Below the pieces are notes generated by a model, which had not been told where the DNA came from, made no database searches, and worked only from the letters and a program-made list of their open reading frames with translations. Source: Zootoca vivipara (lineage: Eukaryota). Taken from it: DNA of 64,000 bases. Below, piece by piece: positions 28,501 to 40,500 of this stretch (positions are counted from its first letter, which is position 1; each line of letters opens with the position of its first letter). A program made the translations under genes and the position numbers. The stretch spans positions 78,368,001 through 78,432,000 of the forward strand of contig NC_083276.1 in assembly GCF_963506605.1 (NCBI RefSeq). The letters run 5' to 3'.

Positions 28501-31500
28501 GGTGCCATGCCGCTGCTGGTCCCGGATTTTTCAATCCGGAACTTGGCAGCTATGGCTATAGGAGACTAGAACTAATAGTATCTGAAGAAGAGTATCTCAT
28601 ACCAATGTTCTCTAAAGTGCTACTAGAAGGGGTTTTTTTTTATTTTGTTTCGACTATGCCAGACCAACATGGCTACCTACCTGTAACTAGAACTAATAGT
28701 GTAAGACAGGCATGGCCAAACTTGGCCCTCCAGCTGTTTGAGGACTACAACTCCCATCATCCCTAGCTAACAGGACCAGTAGTCAGGGATGATGGGAATT
28801 GTAGTCCCAAAACAGCTGGAGGGCCAAGTTTGGCCAACACTGGTTTGCATGGATGTGTGAAAGAAACTGAGTGCAGAGGAAACAATCCTCTTGCCTTGAG
28901 GAGAAGAGTGGATACCTCCTCTTCTGACAGCTCTCAGTAACATTCTCCACAGGTACATTCTCTTACATTGGACCGTAGAGATGCCATGAAGAATTAAATT
29001 ATACAAATTGTATTATGGGAGGGGCAAAGCACATGCTTTATTGGCAGAAGGTGCCTGATTAAAATCCTGATGGGTCCAGTAAGAAGTACGAGGCACGAAG
29101 TCCCTGGAGAACTGCAGCCAGTCAGAGTAGATAATACTGAACTAGATGGACTGGTGATCTGGTCTGGTATAAAGAGAGCTTCCTATGTTGCCAGGCTTCC
29201 TTTTAAAGAAAACTTCCCATTTTATTGTTCATATTTGTTACCTTTTACAAAACTTCTTTCAAAATCCCCAATAAACTGCATAAAAGATGTAATTTTTAAT
29301 CCTTACCTGAAAAAGTATGAAGATGAGGAAAAGCTCATATACTACACTGACACACAGCCAAAACCTCCAGTAGGCTAAAACAACAAGCAAGAAAATCAGA
29401 ACATACACATAAATGGGTATCTTTAGTGCAGAATGTATTTCAAGTTATGGAGTTGTTATGTCTTCAACAGAACAATGAACAAGATTTAAAATGTGCTGCT
29501 AGGAACCCACATTTTTTCAATTAATTTTCCACATTTATTTATAATCAAGAATTGTTTTTGCACAACATAATCTTGTTCTATTCCTTTGTGACAAGATTCA
29601 CATAAATATTTAATAGCTGCCTACCATTGTAATATTTAGGAAGACAAGATGACCTTTCAAAATCCTGAGATCTGATAATACCCTTGCTAAACAAGTTCTC
29701 TCTTTGTTCAGCCCATAGTTGATGAAAATGTTAAGGAATATAAGGCTAGATGGATATAGCTCAGATTTTCTACTCTGGCAAAAAATATCAGTTCTGATTT
29801 TATTATGATAGTTTTAGATATTCCATTTAAGTATCTCATGAATGAACAACCAACATAGGCAATGTTCCTCAGACACACCTTGAATTATAAACATTTACTA
29901 AGCTTTCTTCAAAGTGTATCATAGCATTGCTATTTTTAACTACTCCTGTTTTGGCAATTTAATTAGGAAACTTCCACAACTAACACACTGTAATGCACTT
30001 GTTAAAACTAGGATATGGTAAATATAGTTCAAATGCCCACACACAGGCTCCTGCTGTGAAAAGGTCCACATTTGCCTCACAAATGCAAGCCCTAATTTAC
30101 AGGGTCATTTTTCTGTCAGGAATGCTAGGAATTGTAGTCCCAGGATGGTGGGGAAGGAAGAATGAAAGGGACAGTTCTAGCCCTAGTCTCCTGCTAGGAA
30201 CAGGAACACCGATCACTGCCTCACCCAAATAAGGTCTGTAGTTTTGTAGGGCCTATGCGTGTTCTGTGGCTGCTCACAAGGAGCATTTGAAAAGTTCAAG
30301 CTCCATTCAGGGCAACCATAGGAATGCTCATGCATCCCTAATTAGCACTCATTTCTCTTCAGTGACAGATCACTCATTTATTCTTTTATTCTAGCACTCT
30401 TATTAACAGCTTTATGTCTTCTTCACTACTCAAGTTCAGACGACAGACTAGCTGAAATGTCCTTTCTCTAATAGCTTTGTTGCTCTGTAGAAAGCAGGTT
30501 TTTTTTTATGCTTCCCAAGCAGTTTTGGAAATCATTTTATGTAACTGCAGAGATGTGTGCAGTGTTTGAAAACAATGCTTAACTCAGGAGGGGGGTGAAA
30601 ATTGGCCACTTATTCCTTTTGAACCATTTTCAGGTGATCCACCCATTCAATATTACAAAAGCATCTCCATTCTATCAAGTTGCCTTTTTCTTCTCACGTA
30701 TATGATAGAAAAGGTAACATTTCTAACAGTGAAGGTCAGCATTGAGTTACAATTTCTAAATTGTTTTTCATTATGTTTTGCTTCAAAACCTGTACTATGA
30801 GTGTTTAAAGCACTCAGTTTGTTGACAAGTGACTCACAGAATCACATTATGTGACAAAGACTGCAATTCTGAACACGCCTGCCAGGGAATAAACCCACTG
30901 ACCAAAGTAGGCCTGATTTGAGAGTTGACAAGCATAGGATTGCACTTTAAGGTCTGCATATTCATCCTCCTTCAACAAAGAAAGAAACAAAATAAACATT
31001 AATTTGAAAATGAGGATACTTAACAGTATCAGTCATTTGTTAGATATGCAGAAAAAACTATGGGTCCACCCTCTGCACAACAATACAAATGTTGTTTAAA
31101 ACTGGGGGGGGGGGAGTGAATATGAAATAATAAAATACTGAATACAATACTCATGCTTTGGAAATTCACAAAACAACAGATACAGAGAAATGAATGCATT
31201 TTGGTTATTCCCTTCCAACTCTACAGTTCTATGAATCTCTAGATACTGAATGCATTGGCATGGAAAATGGACATAATATCCTCACTAGATCAGAAGAAAA
31301 TCCAGGACTTAAAGATATTCAACAAAACGACACAATATAAACTATTATGAAAAGGAATAATCAACAATAGATATCCTTCAAAAAACATTTGATTCTTTTT
31401 ATTTCTTATTGGAATTGGCATTATACAAGGGAATCTATGGTGATGGATATCCCAAGCATGTAATATAAGAACTGAATTGATGCAACTCAGAAAATGCTTT

Positions 31501-34500
31501 CTTGAGGCCTATGAAATGGACACATTCTGTGATGTTTCTTACTGGTCATAAATTACAATTCTTTATCAACTTTGTTATGGAGAATTTTTTTTGCAAATGT
31601 TCACACACTCTTAAATTGTATTTCTGTAATGTGTTGAATAACAGATAGGCAACAAAAGTGGGGTTGAGAACCCTTATGGTAGCTAAAATACTTATACTGA
31701 GAAGCTGGATGGACAAATATCTACCATCTACCAGTCAGTGGTTTGAATCTCACTGTCCTTTACGTTTGAATGAACAACTTCTCAATTGTAAATTCTGTTT
31801 AGATACCTATTTGGACATTTGAACTACCTATGTTTTTATCAGAATTATATCATACGTTTATATCAGAATTGTCAGAATATTATTAATGTTAATATCAGCT
31901 GGCAATCTTATTTTTGTTGTTATTTATATTTGTTTTGTTATTTTTTCTGTTATATTTGCAAATAAAAATGTCTTTTTTAAAAAAAGTGATTGCATTTGTT
32001 AAGCTGCAATTATATAAATGAAAGAAATTTTAAAACAAGGATACTGTGTTATCTAAACAAATAAGAGCCATACTGCTGCATTCTTGCATCACAGTAGCAT
32101 ACTTGTCTACAACAATATTTCTACAGTATTGTACTTCTGACTAATGAAATGGAAAGTATGTCAGACAAAAATATTAATGCTCTGAAGAAGAGTGTTTGTG
32201 TGTACAACGACCCACAGAGGAAGCTGTCTCTGTGATGCAAAACATTTACGTATCATGTTACCATGTTTAGCAAAACTTCAAGTGTGGGATGGTGAATACA
32301 TTGGTGTTAAATAGCTTAATGTTTACACCAATATTACTTTCATTTTTTTTTTAGCATTTTCAATTTTACAAATCTGCAAAGTGGTGTTTAGCCAAATACA
32401 AACCATACATTTTCCATCAACTTCCCTTTTCAATACAGTATATTTATTTTTGTCACATCTTCAAGGATACTTGAAAGAATTAGTTACAACAATATACATT
32501 AATAAAGTCACAAAAATATCAAAATGTAACAAGTCATCAGGATCTTTCCCACAGGGCATTCAATAGTAGACAACCCTATTGTGGGGAAGACAATAGTCCA
32601 GCTAGAGCAGGCTATTCTTTGCCTGCGTCTCTTTCTATCCCACAATCTTTTCCACAGGGTGGCTGGTGGCAGATGGACTTGTGGAATTGGGGGCAGGCGG
32701 TAGACAGTGGAACAGGAGCATGAGTTTAGTGCTCTCTTTGCCTGTCTCCCTTACTCAAGGTAAGTTAATTTTGGTAGAAGAGGCAGGGGGTTGGGAACCT
32801 TCTTCAGGTATAATCTAAATCTGAAACAGATAACTGAAATGTGTGTCCTTTTCTTAAGCACTCACTAAGTGGAATACATTCGTTTATGTTCCACAATGCT
32901 CTGCAGTTGCAGTTCTCCAGCCTACATGCACATACAGCATTGGCCTGATCTAGCAAGTTCTTCTTATATTTTTATAGCAAATACTGCATTTACTTGAATC
33001 TAATGCACCATCGAATCTAATGTACACCTCAATTTTCAGAACCCTGAAACCAAAAAGAAGTATTTGCTGGTGAAAGTAAATGTGCCATCAAATCTAATGC
33101 ACGCCTTAATTTTCACAATGTAATTTGGCCAAAAAAGGTGAGCATTAGATTCAATAAAATACAGTAAAATATGTCATCTGTTAAGTGACTAATGAGTACA
33201 CAGTCAGATGAGGACTTCTGAAAACTATGCTAGATTCTGTTAATGAAATCACATTCTACCTAGGGGATACAGGCTATGAAACATAGGTTACTACTTTCAA
33301 CATTTACATATAACCATTAGGAGCAATTTTACCAAGTGTATCATTATCAAGAGAATTTTTATGATATGAGCAATTTTGATTACCTGGATGAGGTCTTGAA
33401 AATGGCCCATCTTTTGCTTGAGTGACTCCAAAACACAAGAAAACTAAAATGCTGGCAACAATACCTCTGGGGGAAAAAAACACTTTCAATTTACATCTGT
33501 TCATGAATCATTATGGTATTTGTCAAATATGTCTTTTGAATGCCCACAGAACATCTAAAATCAGAAAAACTATTTGAAGGCAGTCTAGTCCTGAAGACTG
33601 AAAGACCATGAAGTTCATACTCTGTGATAAGTAGGTTGTTTTAGATACATTTTAGCAGTCAAAAGCATGCAACAGGGAAGAAAACTAATTTTGCCTGGCT
33701 CAATATATAGTTTAACTCTTATTACCTATTAAAAGCTGTTTGCAAATTCTTTTGAGAAAAACAAAAAGATACAACACTAATCCTCTTAAAATTGAAAGGC
33801 AGGTAGATTCTTTAAAAATCTTATTCAGATCAGTCAAGCAGTTGGCACAATTCAATTTCCCCAGCTTCTGCTTTTGGTGTGGCCATATCAAGAAATCACA
33901 TTCTACCTAGGGGATACAGGCTATGAAACATAGGTTACTACTTTCAACATTCAGCGTTTGAAATTCGCCAGGCACTAGGTGCATTTTGCACCTGGCTACC
34001 GGCCAATCAAGTGAAGATGCCTGAGCACCTGGTGCCTGATGTCTCCACCATCAGAAGGTGCATGTCTAGGGATCTTTAGATCTTGCCTGTTTCTGCACAC
34101 TAACAACACATCCTTTAGAATTCTATCCACAATATCAGAACAAATCTATCCACAAAATCAGAACAAATTTCAGGAACCAAAAAGTTGTATTGAAAAATAC
34201 AACTTTTGAGCCGTCTGGTTCCAAAATGCCCACTAGACATTTCATTTTGGCAACTGTAACCCTGGTTTAAGGAGCCATTTGGTGCCTAGCTTATTTATCA
34301 CAGTTTCTAACATTGAAATATTTCCCAAGGACACTAATGAAGTCTTGATGAGAATCAAGACCTTATGGTCATTGCTACCTGCTTTGGTAGCAGCTGAATT
34401 CCTTCCTAGCAGGGACCCCCTGAGAAGTCTACCAGGCAGTTTTTCCCCTACCGTACCCAATATGCCAAAGCTGATAAAGGCAGCAAGGGGATGGAAGTCC

Positions 34501-37500
34501 CAAGCTAAGTGCATGTGTGGGTATGGATCAACCAGTCTGTAGTTGAGTTATAATTAACTTGCCTGGTCATCTGCAACATGTGAAGTCCCTTTTATACAAT
34601 CTGACATGCTTCCATTTGTCATTCATACCATAAACAGTTACTTGGCTCATAAATGTTATGGGGAAGCACAGGTAATATTCCGCTTCCATAATGTGTAGCT
34701 AAAAGGGGAGTGAGGCACAGCCATAGATCAATAGGTCTCGCTAATTACATACTAGTTTTCCATAGGCACATGTGATCTCATTGGCACTTTAAAACTGTTT
34801 GGGAAAGGCTGTAACATATTCTATTTCTGCACATGTGAATTAATCCTTAAAGAAAGTCAACCTAGTACAGTATTTAAGTATTTCCTGTACACAAGCCACA
34901 ATTACAGAGCGATATTCAACATTAGTAATACTCAGAGTAGATCAATTGAAATAAATGATACTAACTCAAGTCTATGATTTCAACAGGCCTACTTTGAGTT
35001 TGCCTTAGTTGGAAATCACCTTATTTAGTTTGGCTGTAAGTTACCACAAAAGTTTTAATAACTAAACTAGATAGAAATATTTTCAAATCAATCAAGTTAC
35101 TGAACCATAATACTGAAACCTAATGTTCTAAGGATGAACTGTTTAAACTACTAAACTATTGGAAGCCACACCATGTCTTCATATTCAGTCAGATTTGTGA
35201 CCTCTATACCCTACACCAATGCTAAAAATCAACATCTGGGTCAAGTTATCATGAGTTAAGACAACATGGAACTAATTTATAGACCCTGTTTAAGTTTCAC
35301 TTTATTTAATACATGAAGGCAATCTAGATTAAACATGTTGCTTCAATTCATGCATCTTGCTATAAATCATCACTGTTTTTATCTTACCATAATTTGAAAT
35401 TAGGTTGCTTCTTGAGTAAAAAGATAATTGCTAATCTGAAGTTTGAGGCACACATATCAGGGGGAGAATGTTCAGGCTGTGTACAGTTTAGAGTTTTTTA
35501 ACTCTATAAAGGGAGTCCAAGTCACATAGATTATTTATGAAACTGTACATCGTCATGGAAAATCTAAGCAACTAAATGAATGGTTTACGCCTTCATTTGG
35601 TTTTATGTTCCATAAAACCAAAGCAGCAAGATCAATTCAAATTGCAGGAACCTAAATTATTTGTGTGCAGACCAAAAAGCAACTCAGTAGCCTTGAGTGG
35701 CAAACAACAATACTGCAACAATTATACAAGACCTACTGCACTCAAATATGGAACTATAGATATATACCCAGAGTATAATGCTAGCCAAGGTGCACCAGGT
35801 TAACAAGCAAGTTGAAGCGCAGCCTCCATTTGAACTCTTAATCCCTTTTGTAGAATTAGGCATGCTTCCTTTTAATTTATAGAGAAAAAAAGATCACAAC
35901 AGGGTAGAAATACATCTTCTAATTGCTGCCTGATAGTACTTTATCAAATGTAATTACAGTCACCACCTTACATCAACTACACAGAGCACTGGAAAACAAA
36001 TTTGCCTGCTCACGTATTAAGGATATGCTCAGTAGTTTTATTATTTTTTAAATATTACTTCTATATCACCTTTCATGAAACACTCAATCAATTAACAATA
36101 TACAATGGGTGGAATTCAATATAGCACAAAGGAGAAAGTGCAAGCATTTTAGCTTGCCCAACAGAACTGTTGAAACAATTTCCCCTTTCTCTCTCCCTCT
36201 CTCCCTCCCCCCCCCCTTCTGGGGGTTCTCCCAACGCTCCAAGGAAGATTTGGGGGAGGTGCAGGAGAGAGCCCCATTCTGCTTGTGGGAATCTTCATGC
36301 TGGCATTCACTAATGGAGCTGGGTAGCTGAATTCAGCCCATTAAAAATAATTAAGACAATACAACAGCAGCTACAGAGCCAGTACAAATTACAGTAAGCT
36401 GGTATTAATGGGCAGTGAAGGCTGGGGAGAAAACTTTTATCAGGCACCAAAACAAAGCACCATTGGTGCCTGCTTATCACACAAGGCAATGCTGTTTTAT
36501 AGGCTTGGTAACATAATGGAAAAGACCACCAACCTAGTTACTGCAAGATGGATCTCAGCAGGCTGTAGCACAAACGTAAGGGCCTCATTCAAATATCTTA
36601 CTGGCTGGGTAGTCTGTAAACATAACCTGGGCCCAAGTTGTTTAGGGCTTTGTAGGTCAGCACCAAAGAGCCAGTGCAATTCTGTTATAAGTTATAAGTT
36701 ATGCTATGCTTGCAGCAGTAGCTCAACCTAGTCAATGCAGCATTAAGGGGGATGTTGCAGAGACATCTAAAACGTGATTAGGAAATAAACTGCATATTTG
36801 TATCTACCTACACAGGCGGGTCATTGGCTGAATACTGGTTATCACTTCTGCCCAATCAACATTATGAGATGCCTCAGCTTTTTTTATTCAGGTAGTAGTA
36901 TGAAGTTTGTGTCCCTGCACTCCCTTCCCCTCGTGGTGATAAGAGGTTTTCCAATGTGAAATCTAGGAAACATGTCATCTATTATTTTTAGAACTTTTAC
37001 ATCCATCAAATCATGTTGCTTTCTTTTATCTGCAGTCAATTAGAGTTGCAGGCACCAAATGATGACCCCAGGTTATTTAACAATGTAAGAGCATAAGAAG
37101 AGCCTTTGGTTCAGACCAAAGACACATCCTGTTCTCACTAGTGGCCAATGAGATGCCCAGGTGAAATCGACAGGCGAGACCTGAGTATAAACAGCACTTT
37201 TCCCCATTTGCAATTACCACCAACTGGCATTCAGAGGCATACTGCTTCCAACACTGGAGATAATACATAGACATCATGGCTAGCAGTCTTACGTTCCATG
37301 AAATCTAAGCTCTTCAACGAATCCCCAGGACAAAGCCCCGCATTAGATACCACTAAGAATAGGATGCCCTTCCAAAAGAGGATTGAAAGGTGTGCTACTC
37401 TACACTTCAGAGTGTGGTCAGAACTGATATACGGGACTGAGAGGCCTTAAGATTTAAATTATTCCATTTACAGCATTATCAATGCACCTCCAACATAAAC

Positions 37501-40500
37501 CTGCGAGTCCCTCAATAGCTCTACTCACATCTGGAATGAAGAACTGCAGCTCTGTTGAAGAGCATATGGTTTGCATATATACATTCCCAGCTTCCGTTTC
37601 TGGCATTTTAAGTTACAGCATTCTCCTCCAAGTCTTTGTTTCACCATTATACAATTCACTCTGGCCATACTGCATTAGCTTGACTATAGCCCTATAATCT
37701 TACTGTAACATAGGTGAGCCTTTGTGCTGAAAGTGGGTGGGAGAAAGTAGTACAGTGGTACCTCTGGTTAAGAACTTAATTCATTCCGGAGGTCTGTTCT
37801 TAACCTGAAACTGTTCTTAACCTGAAGCACACTTTAGCTAATGGGGCCTCCTGCTGCCGCCGCACCGCCAAAGCACGATTTCTGTTCTCATCCTGAAGCA
37901 AAGTTCTTAACCTGAGGTACTATTTCTGGGTTAGCAGAGTTTGTAACCTGAAGTGTTTGTAACCTGAAGTGTTTGTAACCCGAGATACCACTATATTTGG
38001 CATTGCAGGGAGGGAAACTAGAGGTGGCAGCAACATAGCTGGATAAACTCACTAGCCTTGTCACCTATTATTTGTATTCTACTACAACACCGTAATTTCC
38101 AACTACTCCACAAGTAGCAAGCACGTTTCAATATATTCAGACACATTCAGTAACTTTATATATACAAAAATTCAGTAAGTGGTTCCAATATGGACCAGTT
38201 ATACGAAAACTGTAACACAGGAACTATACTTCCCACAATATTGTTTTTTAAAATTGTGGTAGAATTAAACTTCATACTCTTTCCATCGTTCTATCTGCAC
38301 AAGCATTGCAGTCTGCTAGATGGAACAACCTCTCCCTTCCTCCCCCTGCACACTGTTCTGGGGAGCCTCCTGACACACACCTGCACAGAGGCAGAAAGCC
38401 CCAATATGCAAGAAAAAGTCTGCATGGGGCTTCTGCAGATTATGTGAATCCTGCCCAGTATTATTTAACAAATTTTACATACGACTTACTCTACAGAAAA
38501 CCTCCATCTGATTTATTTTCAGCAGATAGGAATATTTTAATAATGCTTCTCTATGGGAGAATACTTTGGCCACCTCATGAGAAGAGAAGAATCCTTGGAA
38601 AAGACCCTGATGTTGGGAAAGATTGAGGGCACTAGGAGAAGGGGATGACAGAGGACAAGATGGTTGGACAGTGTTCTCGAAGCTACGAACATGAGTTTGA
38701 CCAAACTGCGGGAGGCAGTGCAAGACAGGAGTGCCTGGCGTGCTATGGTCCATGGGGTCACGAAGAGTCAGACACGACTAAACGACTAAACAACACAACA
38801 ACATGGGAGAAGCCTTTTGGTTTATCCTTTTTATTTACTTTTATTTACTTTTGGGCAGTCTTTTAAATCTCATGATATAAGTCGAGGAATTCAGTCAATA
38901 AACAAAAGGTTTTTTTCCTTATACAACTACAAAAGTTAAAGGTTTGATATAATTGTGGAATCACCTCATACAGAAAACATATTTACATATTTGGTGTTGT
39001 TATTTTTACAAATTACAGGGGAGTCATTGCTATGCATACAATGGACTGATAAATTTATCAAAATCCAAAATAAATTAAAAGTAAATGTAAAAAATGGGTA
39101 CTCTAGCTAGTTAATAAAAAAACTGGCAATAAAAGCTGACTGCAAGACTTCTGTGAAAGCTAGTTACCTCTTTGTGTTGTAGGCTGTATCCTGTGGGGTT
39201 TCTTCAAGCAGTGTCACATATCCCAGGGTGCAGGTGAGGATGAACAGGACTGTTAAGGTGTGTGCTTGCCTATTGTATGGGGGGGGAGAGAAGGGGGAAA
39301 AAGTCAACAACAAATAATATTTTTCAGGACTATTTACTGTTGCTCAGTATCTTCAGCGGGTTAAAATGTATTTATTTTATTTCATTTATTAAAGATTTAA
39401 CCTTCCTCCAATCTAAAGTTCAGGGCAGCTAAATTTACTTATTTATAGACCACCTTTTCAGAAACAGTTCACATAAGAATACACTAAATATAAAAATAAA
39501 TTTGAACAAAATAATTGTTTCAGAGAGAAAAACAAACAACCCCTATACTTAACAGTTTCCTCAAACAACCCAAAGCCTTGCAGACCCTTTGGAAGGTTAT
39601 AAAGAAATATCTAGTCCTAACTTCCACAGACAGAATATTAAAAAAATCCTTCCAGTAGCACCTTAGAGACCAACTAAGTTTGTCATTGGTATGAGCTTTC
39701 GTGTGCATACACACTTCTTCAGATACACTGAAACAGAAGTCACCAGATCCCCACATGCCAACTTTGCTGCCACATACACCCAGACAACATCATTATTGGC
39801 CCCAACAACATCCAACATACCATCTCAGGACTATTTAATTGCTCATCTTTTAACATTGTGTATGCCATCAAATGCCAACAGTGCCCTTCAACTCTCTATA
39901 TCGGACAAACAGGCCAAACCCTACGCCAAAGGATAAATGGACATAAATCTGACATCAGGAATCACAAGACAGAGAAACCAGTAGGAGAACACTTCAATCT
40001 CCCAGGACATTCTATACAAGATCTCAAAGTAGCTGTCTTATTACAAAAGAATTTCAGAAATAGACTAGAAAGAGAAGTTGCTGAGCTGCAATTCATCACC
40101 AAACTTAAAACGATGGCGAAACCTGGTCTAAATAAAGACATTGGATTCTTATCTCATTATACATGATAAAGCTATCTTTAACCATCTCACCCCTTGCTTC
40201 TCCTGTGGGACCAATCGTCGTAAATTCTTCCTGTAAGACCAAATGCAGCCATAAACAGTCCGGCCCCTTCCCACCCTCTCACTATATTTGGGGATCTGGT
40301 GACTTCTGTTTCAGTGTATCTGAAGAAGTGTGCATGCACACGAAAGCTCATACCAATGACAAATTTAGTTGGTCTCTAAGGTGCTACTGGGAGGAAAAAC
40401 TTTTATTTTGTTTTGACTATACCAGACCAACACGGCTACCTACCTGTTCCACAGACAGATCATCTACAGCCTGCAAGTGTAATAAACCAAGCAGCACAGA

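Larger units (their letters stand above)
39635..40446 (+). mobile_element. 5'-truncated Penelope-like element (EN domain + pLTR) with inverted 5' pLTR segment
   Basis: ORF 39858-40166 is the GIY-YIG C-terminus. 39635-39753 is the reverse complement of about 40288-40405. 13-bp TSD TTCCACAGACAGA at 39622-39634 and 40447-40459. Confidence 0.92.

Noticed and set aside
28065-28766. 233-aa repetitive ORF and CRISPR-like repeat/spacer appearance
   Set aside because: It spans three transposon inserts. The linkers are themselves repeated rather than unique spacers, there are no cas genes, and the context is eukaryotic.
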